A stretch of DNA of 21,017 nucleotides, from the NCBI GenBank assembly GCA_965199825.1, contig CBDATP010000004.1, positions 1 to 21,017 of the forward strand, given 5' to 3'. The notes under the pieces were generated by a model, which did not search any database, was not told the DNA's origin, and was given only the letters and a program-made list of their open reading frames with translations. Each line of letters begins with the position of its first letter. The stretch's first letter is position 1. The DNA is from Bdellovibrionales bacterium. Lineage in GTDB: Bacteria; Bdellovibrionota; Bdellovibrionia; Bdellovibrionales; UBA1609. The position numbers and the translations under genes are program-made. This document shows, in pieces, positions 8,001 to 17,499 of this stretch.

Positions 8001-11000
8001 GACTGTCTTACAATTTCTTTCATTGTGAAATTCTTAAACAATTTAAAGAACTGTCCATTGAACCATGGTGCGTATCGTGATGGTAATTGAGCTGGATCTC
8101 CAAACAGAATAATGTGTTTGCCGCCAAATTCTTTTCCTTTGTCGCAAAGTTTACAATTAATTCTGATGTTACGTTCCATTTCTTCCATCATCATTTCATC
8201 AATCATTGAAATCTCATCGATGAGGAAGACATCACAATAGCGCACGAGCCAAGATTCAATTGTGTTGGGCTGGATATGAGACTTGTACTTGGTGTCGAAT
8301 CTGAATTTTGAGTGACACGTTTGACCACCAAGTTGATGAGCAGCTGAACCAGTGGGAGCGAGGATTGAAAAGGACTTGTACGTTGATTCTTCTGTCTTGT
8401 CTTTAAATAGGGCACATAGCGCTTTGATGAGGAAAGACTTGCCTGTGCCTGCTGGTCCAACAATGTTCAATAAGACTTGTTCGTTTCTGCTTATCTGTTC
8501 TCGAATATAGTCGAAAACTTTGCGTTGATCTTCCGTGAAATCTTTTATGTAGTCTTCGAGTGGAAGTAAATCAACATTCGGACAAGGAAATTCACCAAAG
8601 TCTGGATCTGGGTCGATGCCTTCAATCAATTGTCCTTCGTCTAACTTATCGTTTTCCAGTAAGTGTGCCAATTGATGTGATTCGAAGAATGACTGGAATT
8701 GAGGATTACTAAGAAAATTGCCAGCTATGAGTTCGCCAGCTATTCTTCTCAAGTCATATTCGGTGAGTCCTTGGTTCTTTGCTGTCTCTAGAAATTGTTC
8801 ACCTATATTTGCATCGTTCCATAAGTTATTCTTGATGCAATATTCGAAATAACTTTTGCACTGATTCTTGGTTAAGAAGTCATCCCAATCTTCAGGTCGA
8901 AGTGGAACGCTTTCGAGGATGAGCTTCAAACAATACTTCTCTTGATCATCACCATATGGTAGAACGAAAGGGAAGTAAATAACAGCTGGTTTCCGTCTTG
9001 GCCGAATCTTGCGATGTCTTGAGTCAGTTAGTTCTAATTTCGGATCAGTGTGGACATCAGGTTGTGATTGATCCTCACATTCTTCGCCATCACCTTTGTC
9101 ATAATCATTGATTGCTTGAAGTGACTTCCTATCATAAGTGAATCTGCGCCAGAAGTCTGGATACGTGACATAATGTAGAATGCCAACATTTGGTCTGTGT
9201 AAATACTTCTCGAATTTTGATTGATAGAAGACATCTTCGGAATCCTCGTCTTTGGGCATATGCTCTTTTCGTTTGAGTGTTTTTCTCTTGACGTCTAATG
9301 GAATGTCTAGGAAAATGACCTCCACGTTCGAGACTTTTAGTGGAAATTGAAGTGAAATGTCGGCAATTTCAACAGCGCCCATTATTCTCATCTTCAAGTA
9401 CTTCTCATTCCAAGTCGCATTTTTGCTGAATGTCTGTCCGCCGAAAATTGGAAGCTTGACTGATGATTCAGGTTTCGATATATATTTTGCCAAATATATT
9501 TTCCAATATTCGCCATTAACTTCTTGGATATTACAACAAGATCTGAAGATGAGTAGCAATGACCAACAGTACGGAACGATAAACCGATCTTCTTCTTTAC
9601 GTCTCTTGTATAATACTCGAAGTCCGGAATCGTCTTTTCTTGCTTCGTTGACCAATGGCGCTGGAAAGTTGTACTTGCAATGGGGGAGAGCTTCGTTTCC
9701 TCTGATGAAACAGCGTTCCGGATAGTGGTCGTGTGTTTGCAGATCTTTGACGAGTCCTCGAAGTTTTTCGACGAATTCTATATCTGTTTCGTTCTTCGAA
9801 GTTGTTCGAGGCATCTCAGCTTTGACGACGTTTGCTCTTTTGGTGCCTTCCTCAATCCAAACAACACCATGGATATGCACCGCTCCTCTCTTCTGGTACT
9901 CTCGACGATACCAATGTCTCTCTACTTTACCCAACTCGCCACTTGGGTTATTGATAACATGTGTCATCCAAAGCTGAAACCTTTGATGGAATGAAATAGA
10001 ACTGAAGATAGGATAATCAGTTGCAGAATCTGCTTCTTTAGGCTTCGGTCGATGCGGGCATTGGTCACATTTGAAGCCAGGGCCATGTTTGATGAGAGAC
10101 TGCACTTCGGGCCAACTATCACTTGTCGTAACTGTGTAGAAGAAATCTGGCTCTCTCTTCATCTCATTTGCAATGGCCAATATCTCCTGTTGGCCTAACC
10201 ACCAGAAGCTCTTTGATCCGGGGATGTTTGCTGCGACCGCTGTGCCATATTTCTTGTATGCTTCTGATCTTGGGTCGATGAATTCTTTGGCTGTTGGCTT
10301 CTCCATCGCTCTATCACTATCTGCAGCCACATACATGCGTGCATGATTTACCATGCTGATTTTGATGTAACGGTCAATCAGGAAGAAAGGCAACACATTA
10401 TTCTGTCGGAAACGCCTGTCCAAATTCAACAGTAAGAATTTGATGTAATTACGATGACTAATGTGTTTCCAATCAGGGTCATAAGAGCCACGACCACTTG
10501 GAAAGTCACAAGGAAATGCCATTGCTTCTAGTCTTTTATCGAATAATGTGACACGAGTTTGTTTCCTGAGATCTGATACAGTGTCGTCTGTCTTTGGATG
10601 ACATATATGAGGATTGAAGTCATCTCCTTCGATGTCTTTGTCGCCAGTATAGTTTTCGCTGGGAATAACATAACCGATCCTCTCACGATCTAACTCGTCG
10701 ATGATGTCTGATCCTTTCGTCGTCTCTATTTCTCCTGGTTGAATCATCTCAAGGATGCTACCGCCCTTCAATTTGCCAAACAATGTTTGACAATTGGCAT
10801 AGAAACTTCTGAAATGAATGTTGTTTCTTATTAGCCATCGAAGCGCTTTTCTTGCGTTTTCGTGTTGTTGTCTTATGTTCTTCTTTCGTGCTTCGCATGG
10901 TCGACCGACTATGAGGCCATACATGTATAAGTAGGCCTGATCTACTTTACGCGCTAGGTTGACTTCACCGCGAAGATGGAGAAAATGCCTTAAATATTCC

Positions 11001-12103
11001 TTCTGACGTATGTTGATGTTGTGGTAGACAGCGAGTAAACCGATTAGTCCTCTTTCCAAATCAGTTGTGATATTCTTGAGAACTGGCGGCAAATCCATTT
11101 TGTGTGTCTCTGGATTGAGCACATCGATGTAGTCTGTGATGCATTTGCCTTTAGCACTGAGTTGAAAGCATACGCGACAAGTGTATATCTCATTGTTGTC
11201 TGTCTTGTATGGTAGATCTGCTTGTTGTGGGATGTCTTCTGCATTAAAGTGTTCTTCGATTGGAAACACAAATTCACTTTGACTGAAAGCATGCGAAGAA
11301 AACTTCTTATCGAATCGATTAATTTTCTTCCAGCGACCATTAATTCGTGAATCACCGAATAATAGTTTGGCACAAATGCAACACAAGCCTTTGAACATTG
11401 GTTCTTCGCCGTGGACATATCCGATTCGCCACATTCTTTTGATGTTATCGAGATTGTTTGGTAAGTTGTCTTCGATGTTAACAGCTTTGGCGAGATCTTC
11501 TTTGGTTAAGTCGTCTTCTACTTCTTTGATGATAGCTTGCACTTCTTTTGAATTCTTCTTCTGCTGTTCTTTGAAGATCTTGTTAAACATTTTCCTCAAC
11601 CACTCACTTGTGCCTTCGAAGTCAGGAAATTCACGCTTAAATTCTTCATACATTGGTGCCACATAAGGAATCATTAGTCCCGATCTTTCTTTCTCTCTTT
11701 CCTGTCTTCCTTGCCATTTGATGCCTATAGCCAGAAGTCGAAGTTGAACACCAATAGGCCAACGGAATTGTTTTGGTGCATCAGGATCTTTAACTGTTGG
11801 TTGCAGCAGTTTATCTAATTTAGTTCTGATGGCTTCGTTTGTTGGTCCTCTTCTTTTCAATAAACTCTTGAACTTTTGGGAAACACTATTAACATATTCA
11901 CTATAAGTCATTGACGATCTATCGAAGTCTTTAGAAACACTAAGTAATAGTTCCTCTGCTTCTTTATTCCACTGAAACCGCCACTTCTTGGGTCCACCAC
12001 CGCTAGTGTCTTGTTTGGTGAATTCTAAATGTTGTTCGAAGATGTCTTCAAACGATTCATGATCACACATGTCAGATGACATGACAGTCTCAAGGACTGC
12101 CAT
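5036..12103 (-). CDS. Helitron-like Rep/Helicase (RepHel) transposase: 2x Myb/SANT-like, CxxC..CxxC, HUH Rep, PIF1-family SF1B helicase, 2x OTU-like cysteine protease domains
   Basis: Intact ORF. The track starts it at a TTG (12127); the first ATG is at 12103, giving 2355 aa. Rep motif I PDFFYTVT (~10127-10150), motif II EYQKRGAVHIH (9869-9901), motif III YLAKYISK (9473-9496). Helicase Walker A GPAGTGKS (8435-8458), APTGSAA, IDEISM, FGGKHIILFGDPAQLP, QFPISLGWAATVHRVQGKTL, GQAYVALTR. OTU-like DGNCFYYSIS (~6620-6646) and DGSCWYRAVS (~5627-5656) with HFQAL (His 5228-5230). Confidence 0.95.
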   Translation of the reverse strand: MAVLETVMSSDMCDHESFEDIFEQHLEFTKQDTSGGGPKKWRFQWNKEAEELLLSVSKDFDRSSMTYSEYVNSVSQKFKSLLKRRGPTNEAIRTKLDKLLQPTVKDPDAPKQFRWPIGVQLRLLAIGIKWQGRQEREKERSGLMIPYVAPMYEEFKREFPDFEGTSEWLRKMFNKIFKEQQKKNSKEVQAIIKEVEDDLTKEDLAKAVNIEDNLPNNLDNIKRMWRIGYVHGEEPMFKGLCCICAKLLFGDSRINGRWKKINRFDKKFSSHAFSQSEFVFPIEEHFNAEDIPQQADLPYKTDNNEIYTCRVCFQLSAKGKCITDYIDVLNPETHKMDLPPVLKNITTDLERGLIGLLAVYHNINIRQKEYLRHFLHLRGEVNLARKVDQAYLYMYGLIVGRPCEARKKNIRQQHENARKALRWLIRNNIHFRSFYANCQTLFGKLKGGSILEMIQPGEIETTKGSDIIDELDRERIGYVIPSENYTGDKDIEGDDFNPHICHPKTDDTVSDLRKQTRVTLFDKRLEAMAFPCDFPSGRGSYDPDWKHISHRNYIKFLLLNLDRRFRQNNVLPFFLIDRYIKISMVNHARMYVAADSDRAMEKPTAKEFIDPRSEAYKKYGTAVAANIPGSKSFWWLGQQEILAIANEMKREPDFFYTVTTSDSWPEVQSLIKHGPGFKCDQCPHRPKPKEADSATDYPIFSSISFHQRFQLWMTHVINNPSGELGKVERHWYRREYQKRGAVHIHGVVWIEEGTKRANVVKAEMPRTTSKNETDIEFVEKLRGLVKDLQTHDHYPERCFIRGNEALPHCKYNFPAPLVNEARKDDSGLRVLYKRRKEEDRFIVPYCWSLLLIFRSCCNIQEVNGEYWKIYLAKYISKPESSVKLPIFGGQTFSKNATWNEKYLKMRIMGAVEIADISLQFPLKVSNVEVIFLDIPLDVKRKTLKRKEHMPKDEDSEDVFYQSKFEKYLHRPNVGILHYVTYPDFWRRFTYDRKSLQAINDYDKGDGEECEDQSQPDVHTDPKLELTDSRHRKIRPRRKPAVIYFPFVLPYGDDQEKYCLKLILESVPLRPEDWDDFLTKNQCKSYFEYCIKNNLWNDANIGEQFLETAKNQGLTEYDLRRIAGELIAGNFLSNPQFQSFFESHQLAHLLENDKLDEGQLIEGIDPDPDFGEFPCPNVDLLPLEDYIKDFTEDQRKVFDYIREQISRNEQVLLNIVGPAGTGKSFLIKALCALFKDKTEESTYKSFSILAPTGSAAHQLGGQTCHSKFRFDTKYKSHIQPNTIESWLVRYCDVFLIDEISMIDEMMMEEMERNIRINCKLCDKGKEFGGKHIILFGDPAQLPSRYAPWFNGQFFKLFKNFTMKEIVRQSGDAEFARMLQYVRVGNVTPEVNNYFKSKVVKDIERVKQSAFEKNITIIVSLRAQVDQFNNDILAKSKEQEFSFEAIDTDMSGHKLSELSLKRLKEKDEKMENVLKIKKNALVFIRRNINVAKGLVNGRQAIVDSIHPDSNYIILRSLDGKEFFPIRRMKQTIDDYGENRYIRQQFPISLGWAATVHRVQGKTLDKVYVSVDEKMFASGQAYVALTRTRRASDMRLIAFDKTKIFIKLYYQELLKWIENNDFLLPEDQREPNYPFPQWKYDDKFIDPRSKDEEEEGEAEEAEEPTSSQKMADVFKDFKISSQSKDKPKHETKVTPKPTSKPQPRPQPQPLPHPGTSFVSAIIPRITVPTTGSTLSRVQEVIRQLFRFNHFRDNDTIRQTFSQIDLFNFGVYVLNEVRQKEILSINGPTHHQSIPIKNGVRDYHEPFIPPNIANEFHQYDVAHDGNCFYYSISVLLYGQQAYEQIIRFAALFCVSQQMERWDLHQGALFRNACDLCLSIAVSVRFEGIKEKVFNDTYKERFRRDDNPLGTLDFQFNWAENAAVLAVSEAIDRPIDICWVMGKHNVVTRYSPRSQNNRRSVVMSLDFQHRLYNCLIPNSDTSFSYVEHDGNPQIHDDIWYPFDTENLIPPINYSGSTQIDPTYADNRPLSGLPSPSEMDTSEHTSQKRSHPSTSSSSSDTTESRFQILTDLDSECADALTKLLISSVLLEESKSSVDDFIKKFYPTLTKRVKDTLNTANIKTIHDLPPSIRRFQGQQWLQRHVQLNYKAVDVVGDGSCWYRAVSMCLFATERHYHIIRFGALAAVLRFWDGYFAPLSNIFALPPAPLCFSIATSSPFPNIEKVYEKFIKGDNNLRPNTFHWADLPHQIATSIVVNRPIDLWIKPDSIGRGGRICSKKYPVSVRPIVIQMVGESGSTHFQALIPIRSDTNSCQTRLGNPCLSSRQLNQRFYLLPIGRDSDDDRINDSFRGRYPNVHFILQE

Positions 12104-12169
12104 GGCTAGAAATTCTATAATAATCAATTTGTTAATAGGTTTTGACCTTTAATTATATTAGAATTATAC

Positions 12170-12511
12170 CTTTCGAACGACTATGTGCAGTTAATTGTTT
12201 CACTCTATGAAAACAATATGGATAGCAATGAAAATTGCTTTTAAAATATGTTGAACACTTTGTAATCGCAGGTAAAATCGCAGGTGAAATAACAAATCGA
12301 AAACTATTATACTGCCCCCGGGGCATGAAGAAAAAAGCTGAGACATTTGGTAAATACTTCATCGAAGTAACGATTGATGAAATAAAGTCCGCTCCGGACC
12401 ATCGAGGAGGTCGTCTCAGTAGCAGTATAATATTACTGAAAATTAATGTGAGAATAAAATTAGTACACAAGTGGATGAATACCTTGTATCACATTGGTTG
12501 AAGCACGCCAT
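12170..12511 (-). CDS. Candidate upstream coding exons of RepHel (12511-12483 and 12435-12170), adding 99 aa in frame
   Basis: ATG at 12511. Intron 12482-12436 (AAG|GTATT...TTTTCAG) and intron 12169-12106 (AAG|GTATAA...TTTCTAG|CCATGG). 29+266+2=297 nt, in frame and stop-free into the ATG at 12103. Inferred from splice consensus only; no recognisable domain in the extension. Confidence 0.45.
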
Positions 12512-14041
12512 TCAATAAAATCCAATCTATTTAATCACCTTGAAATTAATTGTATGATATAATATAACATTTTTAGAGTAATTACCTTGATGGAAAACGC
12601 GTTCTTATCCAACTCGGGTACCTTGGGATCGTTAAACCCATCGAAGCGTTGAAACATCGCCCTGAGGTGTTGAAATGTTCAATCGTTGAAGTCTTTCACT
12701 ACAGTTCACGTCAATTCACTATAAGTCAATTCAGTATATGTCAATACAGTACACATCACTTCGGTACACACCACCTAAGTACACATCACTTCTCTGAAGA
12801 ACATCTTCCTGAGGTGTTGAAATGTTCAATCGTTGAAGTCATTCACTACAGTTCACGTCGATTCACTATAAGTCAATTCAGTAAATGTCAATACAGTACA
12901 CATCACTTCGGTACACATCACTTCACTGAAGAATATCACTAACACAACACGAATCACCAGCACGCACACCAATCACATCACTATAACCTGAGAAAATAGA
13001 AGAAAAATATAATAAATTAGTTATTTCATTCAATTATAAATATATATTGAAATAATACCTTTGTGTAGCACCAATGTCTTACACTTTTGCACGCATCTAT
13101 GAAGCATCAGAGCTGGGAAATGTATGAAAAATGTTAATATTATGTGTTCATTCTCAAATTGATGAATATTACGTACCTCTTTAGAGCCACCAGTGTCGAT
13201 ATCGATGCTGTATGATGCTGTAGATGAACGTGTGATTGCTAGGAAAAAGATTAGGTCTTTTGCGGTGCTTTTTCGGAAATTCGTCGAAAAAAACTAAGTC
13301 TTTTTGGAAAAATCGGGCGTGACCTGTGTACTGAGCTTCTTCGTAGTGTATCGGGGAACCGGGGGGAACCCAGAATTAGAGGCTCCCCCCGATTCCCCAA
13401 CACACCACTCGTTGCAATGTGAAGATAGTGTAGTTTAAAGTGTTTTTGTTGAAGTTATTATTAATAACAGGGGCATTGCCTCCCCTGGGCCCGTAGGCTC
13501 ACTCGCCGTTAGAGCTAGGCTCAGCGCCGGCTGGGAATTACAGGCGATTCAAACCATTGGGTATGGTCCCAGTTGGCATCACTTTCGATCATGTGCCTAC
13601 ACGCCACCGGGGGACTACATACCCGTACTCAGGTGCCCCCCGGCTTTGATCACTGGCCCGCCCGACCCTCGTAATACCCATGGGATAAATCCCATATGGG
13701 AACAAAAGCCCAAAAAAAGTGTGTATTTAGTTGTGCGCCTATTTTTGGATTTGCCGGGGATATACCCCCCCGGGCTGGGTACAGCCTCTAAGGAAAAAAG
13801 TTAAGTAAATTAAAATGAGATGATAACCTAAATTAACCTAAACTAACCTAAGATAACCTAAAACTAAAACTAAACACATTTTTAAAGTCCCACAAGGGGA
13901 CTATAAAAGCTCCACTGTTATTTTAACAGTGGGCTTCACATATTTATAGTCCCCTGAGGGGACTTTAAAGGCTCCACTGTTATTTTAACAGTGGGCCTCA
14001 CATATTTATAGTCCCCTGAGGGGACTTTTTTATTTCCCTAA

Positions 14042-14295
14042 GTCCTATGACACATAGGACCCGGGGGGCCTCATGACACATGAGGCCCTTTCTAGGAGAG
14101 TTCTATGACACATAGAACTCTTCTTTAGGCCCTATGACACATAGGACCTTTATTAGACACCCATGAAACATGGGTGTCCCCTTAAGAGTTCTATGACACA
14201 TAGGACTCTTTTAATAGAGCCTATGACACATAGGCTCCCCTTAGGGCCTCATGACACATGAGACCCTTTATAGATGTTCATGACACATGAACATC
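14042..14295. repeat. Copy-2 array of nine ATG-ACA-CAT hairpins
   Basis: Identical by eye to 1855-2108 (+12187). Confidence 0.95.
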
Positions 14296-14331
14296 CCCTT
14301 AAAATAAACTATATAAACTTTATAACAGACG

Positions 14332-14927
14332 GGGCCCATAGACGAGTCAACGGGGGCCCCTTAACACCCAAGCTTCACCGCTCAACACACAGGGCCCATA
14401 GACGAGTCAACGGAGGCCCCTTAACACCCAAGCTTCACCGCTCAACACACAGGGCCCATAGACGAGTCAACGGGGGCCCCTTAACACCCAAGCTTCACCG
14501 CTCAACACACAGGGCCCATAGACGAGTCAACGGGGGCCCCTTAACACCCAAGCTTCACCGCTCAACACACAGGGCCCATAGACAAGTTAACGGGGGCCCC
14601 TTAACATTCAAGCTTCACCGCTCAACACACAGGGCCCATAGACGAGTCAACGGGGGCCCCTTAACACCCAAGCTTCTCCTCTCAACACACAGGGCCCATA
14701 GACGAGTCAACGGGGGCCCCTTAACACCCAAGCTTCACCGCTCAACACACAGGGCCCATAGACGAGTCAACGGGGGCCCCTTAACACCCAAGCTTCACCG
14801 CTCAACACACAGGGCCCATAGACGTGTCAACAGGGGCCCCTTAACACCCAAGCTTCTTCGCTCAACACACAGGGCCCATAGACGTGTCAACGGGGGCCCA
14901 CTTAACACCCAAGCTTCTCTCAAAACA
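14332..14927. repeat. Copy-2 array of ten 60-bp repeats
   Basis: Same unit number and same variant positions as 2145-2740. Confidence 0.97.
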
Positions 14928-15080
14928 ATACTTACCAAGTCTTCCCAATACTTACCAAGTCCTCCCCAATACTTACCATTACCCACCCAATACTTACCAT
15001 TACCCACCCAATACTTACCAAGTCCCCCCAATACTTACCATTTCCCCCCAATACTTACCAATACCCACCAAATACTTACC
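14928..15080 (-). repeat. Copy-2 array of eight ATACTTACCA repeats
   Basis: Identical by eye to 2741-2893. Confidence 0.93.
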
Positions 15081-16730
15081 AGGTGTCATTTTAGACACCA
15101 AGGCCCCCTATGGGTTAGCCTTAAGGTCGGAACCATTTTGGAAACCGCCTAAGTCTGGTCGGGGCCATATGGGCCACCGCCAGTGTGGTCCCCTTTTGGG
15201 CGACCACATTTCGGGCCAGTGCCATTTTAACAACTGCCCATATTCTGAGGGGTGCCTATACGGGCCTGACCCCAAATAGAAAATTTATATTTCCTTAACT
15301 ACAGGTCTGATATATGCACATGCCTATATAGATCGAATCTACTGGTCATAAGCTTTCCATCGATGTATCAATCAAAGCTCTACGATGAGTTTGAAAATTT
15401 CTCATTATAAAAATTTTCGAACCCGGAAGTAACTTTTAAAAATCAATAACTTAAAAAATATAAGTCTGAATTCGACATTCGATATGTCAATGGAAAGCTC
15501 TTGCCATAACCTTTCCGTCGATATACTTTTTATTTTCGTACGACGTTAATTCACGAAGTTAGTCATAAATAAAATTTGAGGCTCGTCCCGGCTCGAAGCC
15601 GAATATAAAAAATTGCGTAAAGCACCTATGTGATTCATCCAATGTATGTACATGCCTATATCGATTCAATGTGCTCATCGTCCCCTTTCTATTGATATAC
15701 TATTCGATATCCCATGATGTGTTTGAAATTTTTTCCCATTATAAAAATAACCCGGAAGTAATTTCAAAAAATCATATCTCTGAAACTGTAGAGTTAATTA
15801 TGTAAACATTGTATTTCGTTTTGAATTACAATTCATTAGGTATATTTTGGCATCAATAAAATTTCTCTACCTCCAACCTCGACGCTTTTTACATTATCCG
15901 GACATTGTTTTTTTCAGAGATGGGGCGAAAAATGATTTAAAATGAGCATAACTCTGAAACTCTAAGAGATAAAAATACACATGCCTATTTCGTTTGAAAC
16001 TATATTTTTAGTAGTATCTTTTGGCATCAAAAGATTTTTTCTATCATAATTTTGAAAATTTTGTCCATTATCGGGACATAGTTTTTTTCAGAGGTCGAAT
16101 AAATAAACTTTGAAAAATCATATCTCAAAAACTGTAGATAGTAAAAATAAAATTTTAATATCATATTGTTCGATAATTTATTTTCTATCTTGGTGAAAAA
16201 AATGCTCTATGTAGTACGCTTTGAACATATTAAAATTTTCGAATTTCCAAAAAAATCTCAAATAACTTTTTTTATGCTGCTAGAAGGTGCGTGAAAAAAT
16301 CTTACCATTCGATAGACCACATATGGTTCTACAACGTTTTAATTAGGGTCTGAGCTGGGCCATCATTATTTACCGAGTTATTCGAAGGGCTCACTTTGGC
16401 ATTTTTCAAGGTGTTCCTGGGTAGCTCAAGGAGGCAGGACCTCCTTATTAAAGATATTATTCGAGAGGGCTTTGGAAGTACTATCATTGCTATAAATATC
16501 ATTATTCTAAGTTATAGGGTTTAAGAAATATAGCTGTTCAAAAATCGACGGAAAAATTTGGGGGAGGAGGGGGTCTAAGCCCCTGGAATAATAACCGTTG
16601 TTTACCAATTATATTTTTTGGTTGGTGTGTGATGCTCTATCGAGTAGGTATAATTAAAAGTTACGGCCTCTTTAGTTGGTCGGGTCCGAAATGAAATATA
16701 ATAGCTACTGGCATGGCTACTGGCATCTAC

Positions 16731-17240
16731 TGGCATCAAGCACCCCGATCGGCCAGTAGCTATTATATTTCATACGGGCGTGCGTTAGTGACCGCAGATA
16801 AACAGGAATTATCAATTTAATCAGTAATATGTCAAATAGTAATTTTATTTAAATTAATGTGATGTTAAATAGCGGTTTCGTCTTTATTAAGACTCATCAG
16901 TATTACTTAGGACTCTTTATCCAGTAATAGACCGCATTTGGGGCCATTAAAAAATTTAAGTTTGAGCAGGTTTGAATTTTAAAAATGGCATCAAGCACCC
17001 CGATCGGCCAGTAGCTATTATATTTCATACGGGCGTGCGTTAGTGACCGCAGATAAACAGGAATTATCAATTTAATCAGTAATATGTCAAATAGTAATTT
17101 TATTTAAATTAATGTGATGTTAAATAGCGGTTTCGTCTTTATTAAGACTCATCAGTATTACTTAGGACTCTTTATCCAGTAATAGACCGCATTTGGGGCC
17201 ATTAAAAAATTTAAGTTTGAGCAGGTTTGAATTTTAAAAA
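16731..17240. repeat. 255-bp tandem duplication unique to copy 2 (equivalent to copy-1 4522-4776), preceded by two micro-duplications totalling 22 bp
   Basis: TGGCATCAAGCACCCC starts at 16731 and again at 16986. Extra GGCTACTGGCAT and CTACTGGCAT lie in 16715-16736. 22+255=277 matches the offset change. Confidence 0.93.
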
Positions 17241-17499
17241 TATTTATTGAAAAATGATTATAAAAATGAATTATAAAAAAGAATACAAATTTATTTACAA
17301 TAATATGAAACTTATATATGCCTTTAAAAAACGAATACAAATTGAAAGAAATTATAATTGAGGCTAAAAAACCGAAGCCATCTGATGTCCTTTAGTGCTG
17401 CCACGAAGTCGAATTGTCCTTTTGTTTGAAGTCATAACTAGAACATGGATAAAAAATGTAATTAATCAATATCAATTAATTTATATGATATTACATACC

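Larger units (their letters stand above)
1..12187 (-). mobile_element. One full period (12,187 bp) of a head-to-tail tandem Helitron-like (Helentron/Helitron2-type) rolling-circle element; phase is arbitrary, true termini not determined
   Basis: Sequence at base 1 (CAGTTAATTGTTTCACTC) recurs at 12188, and ORFs recur at a constant +12187 offset (48->12235, 462->12649, 2087->14274). The unit encodes an HUH-Rep/PIF1-helicase fusion with OTU-like domains. OTU domains are an established feature of Helentron-type RepHel proteins. Confidence 0.9.

Noticed and set aside
7350..8460. Host PIF1 helicase gene or DNA-virus gene
   Set aside because: The helicase is fused to an HUH Rep in a typical RepHel layout, and the unit has no capsid or polymerase gene.
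5914..11666. Short ORFs nested in or antisense to RepHel
   Set aside because: Alternative-frame by-products of a long coding sequence, with no motifs.
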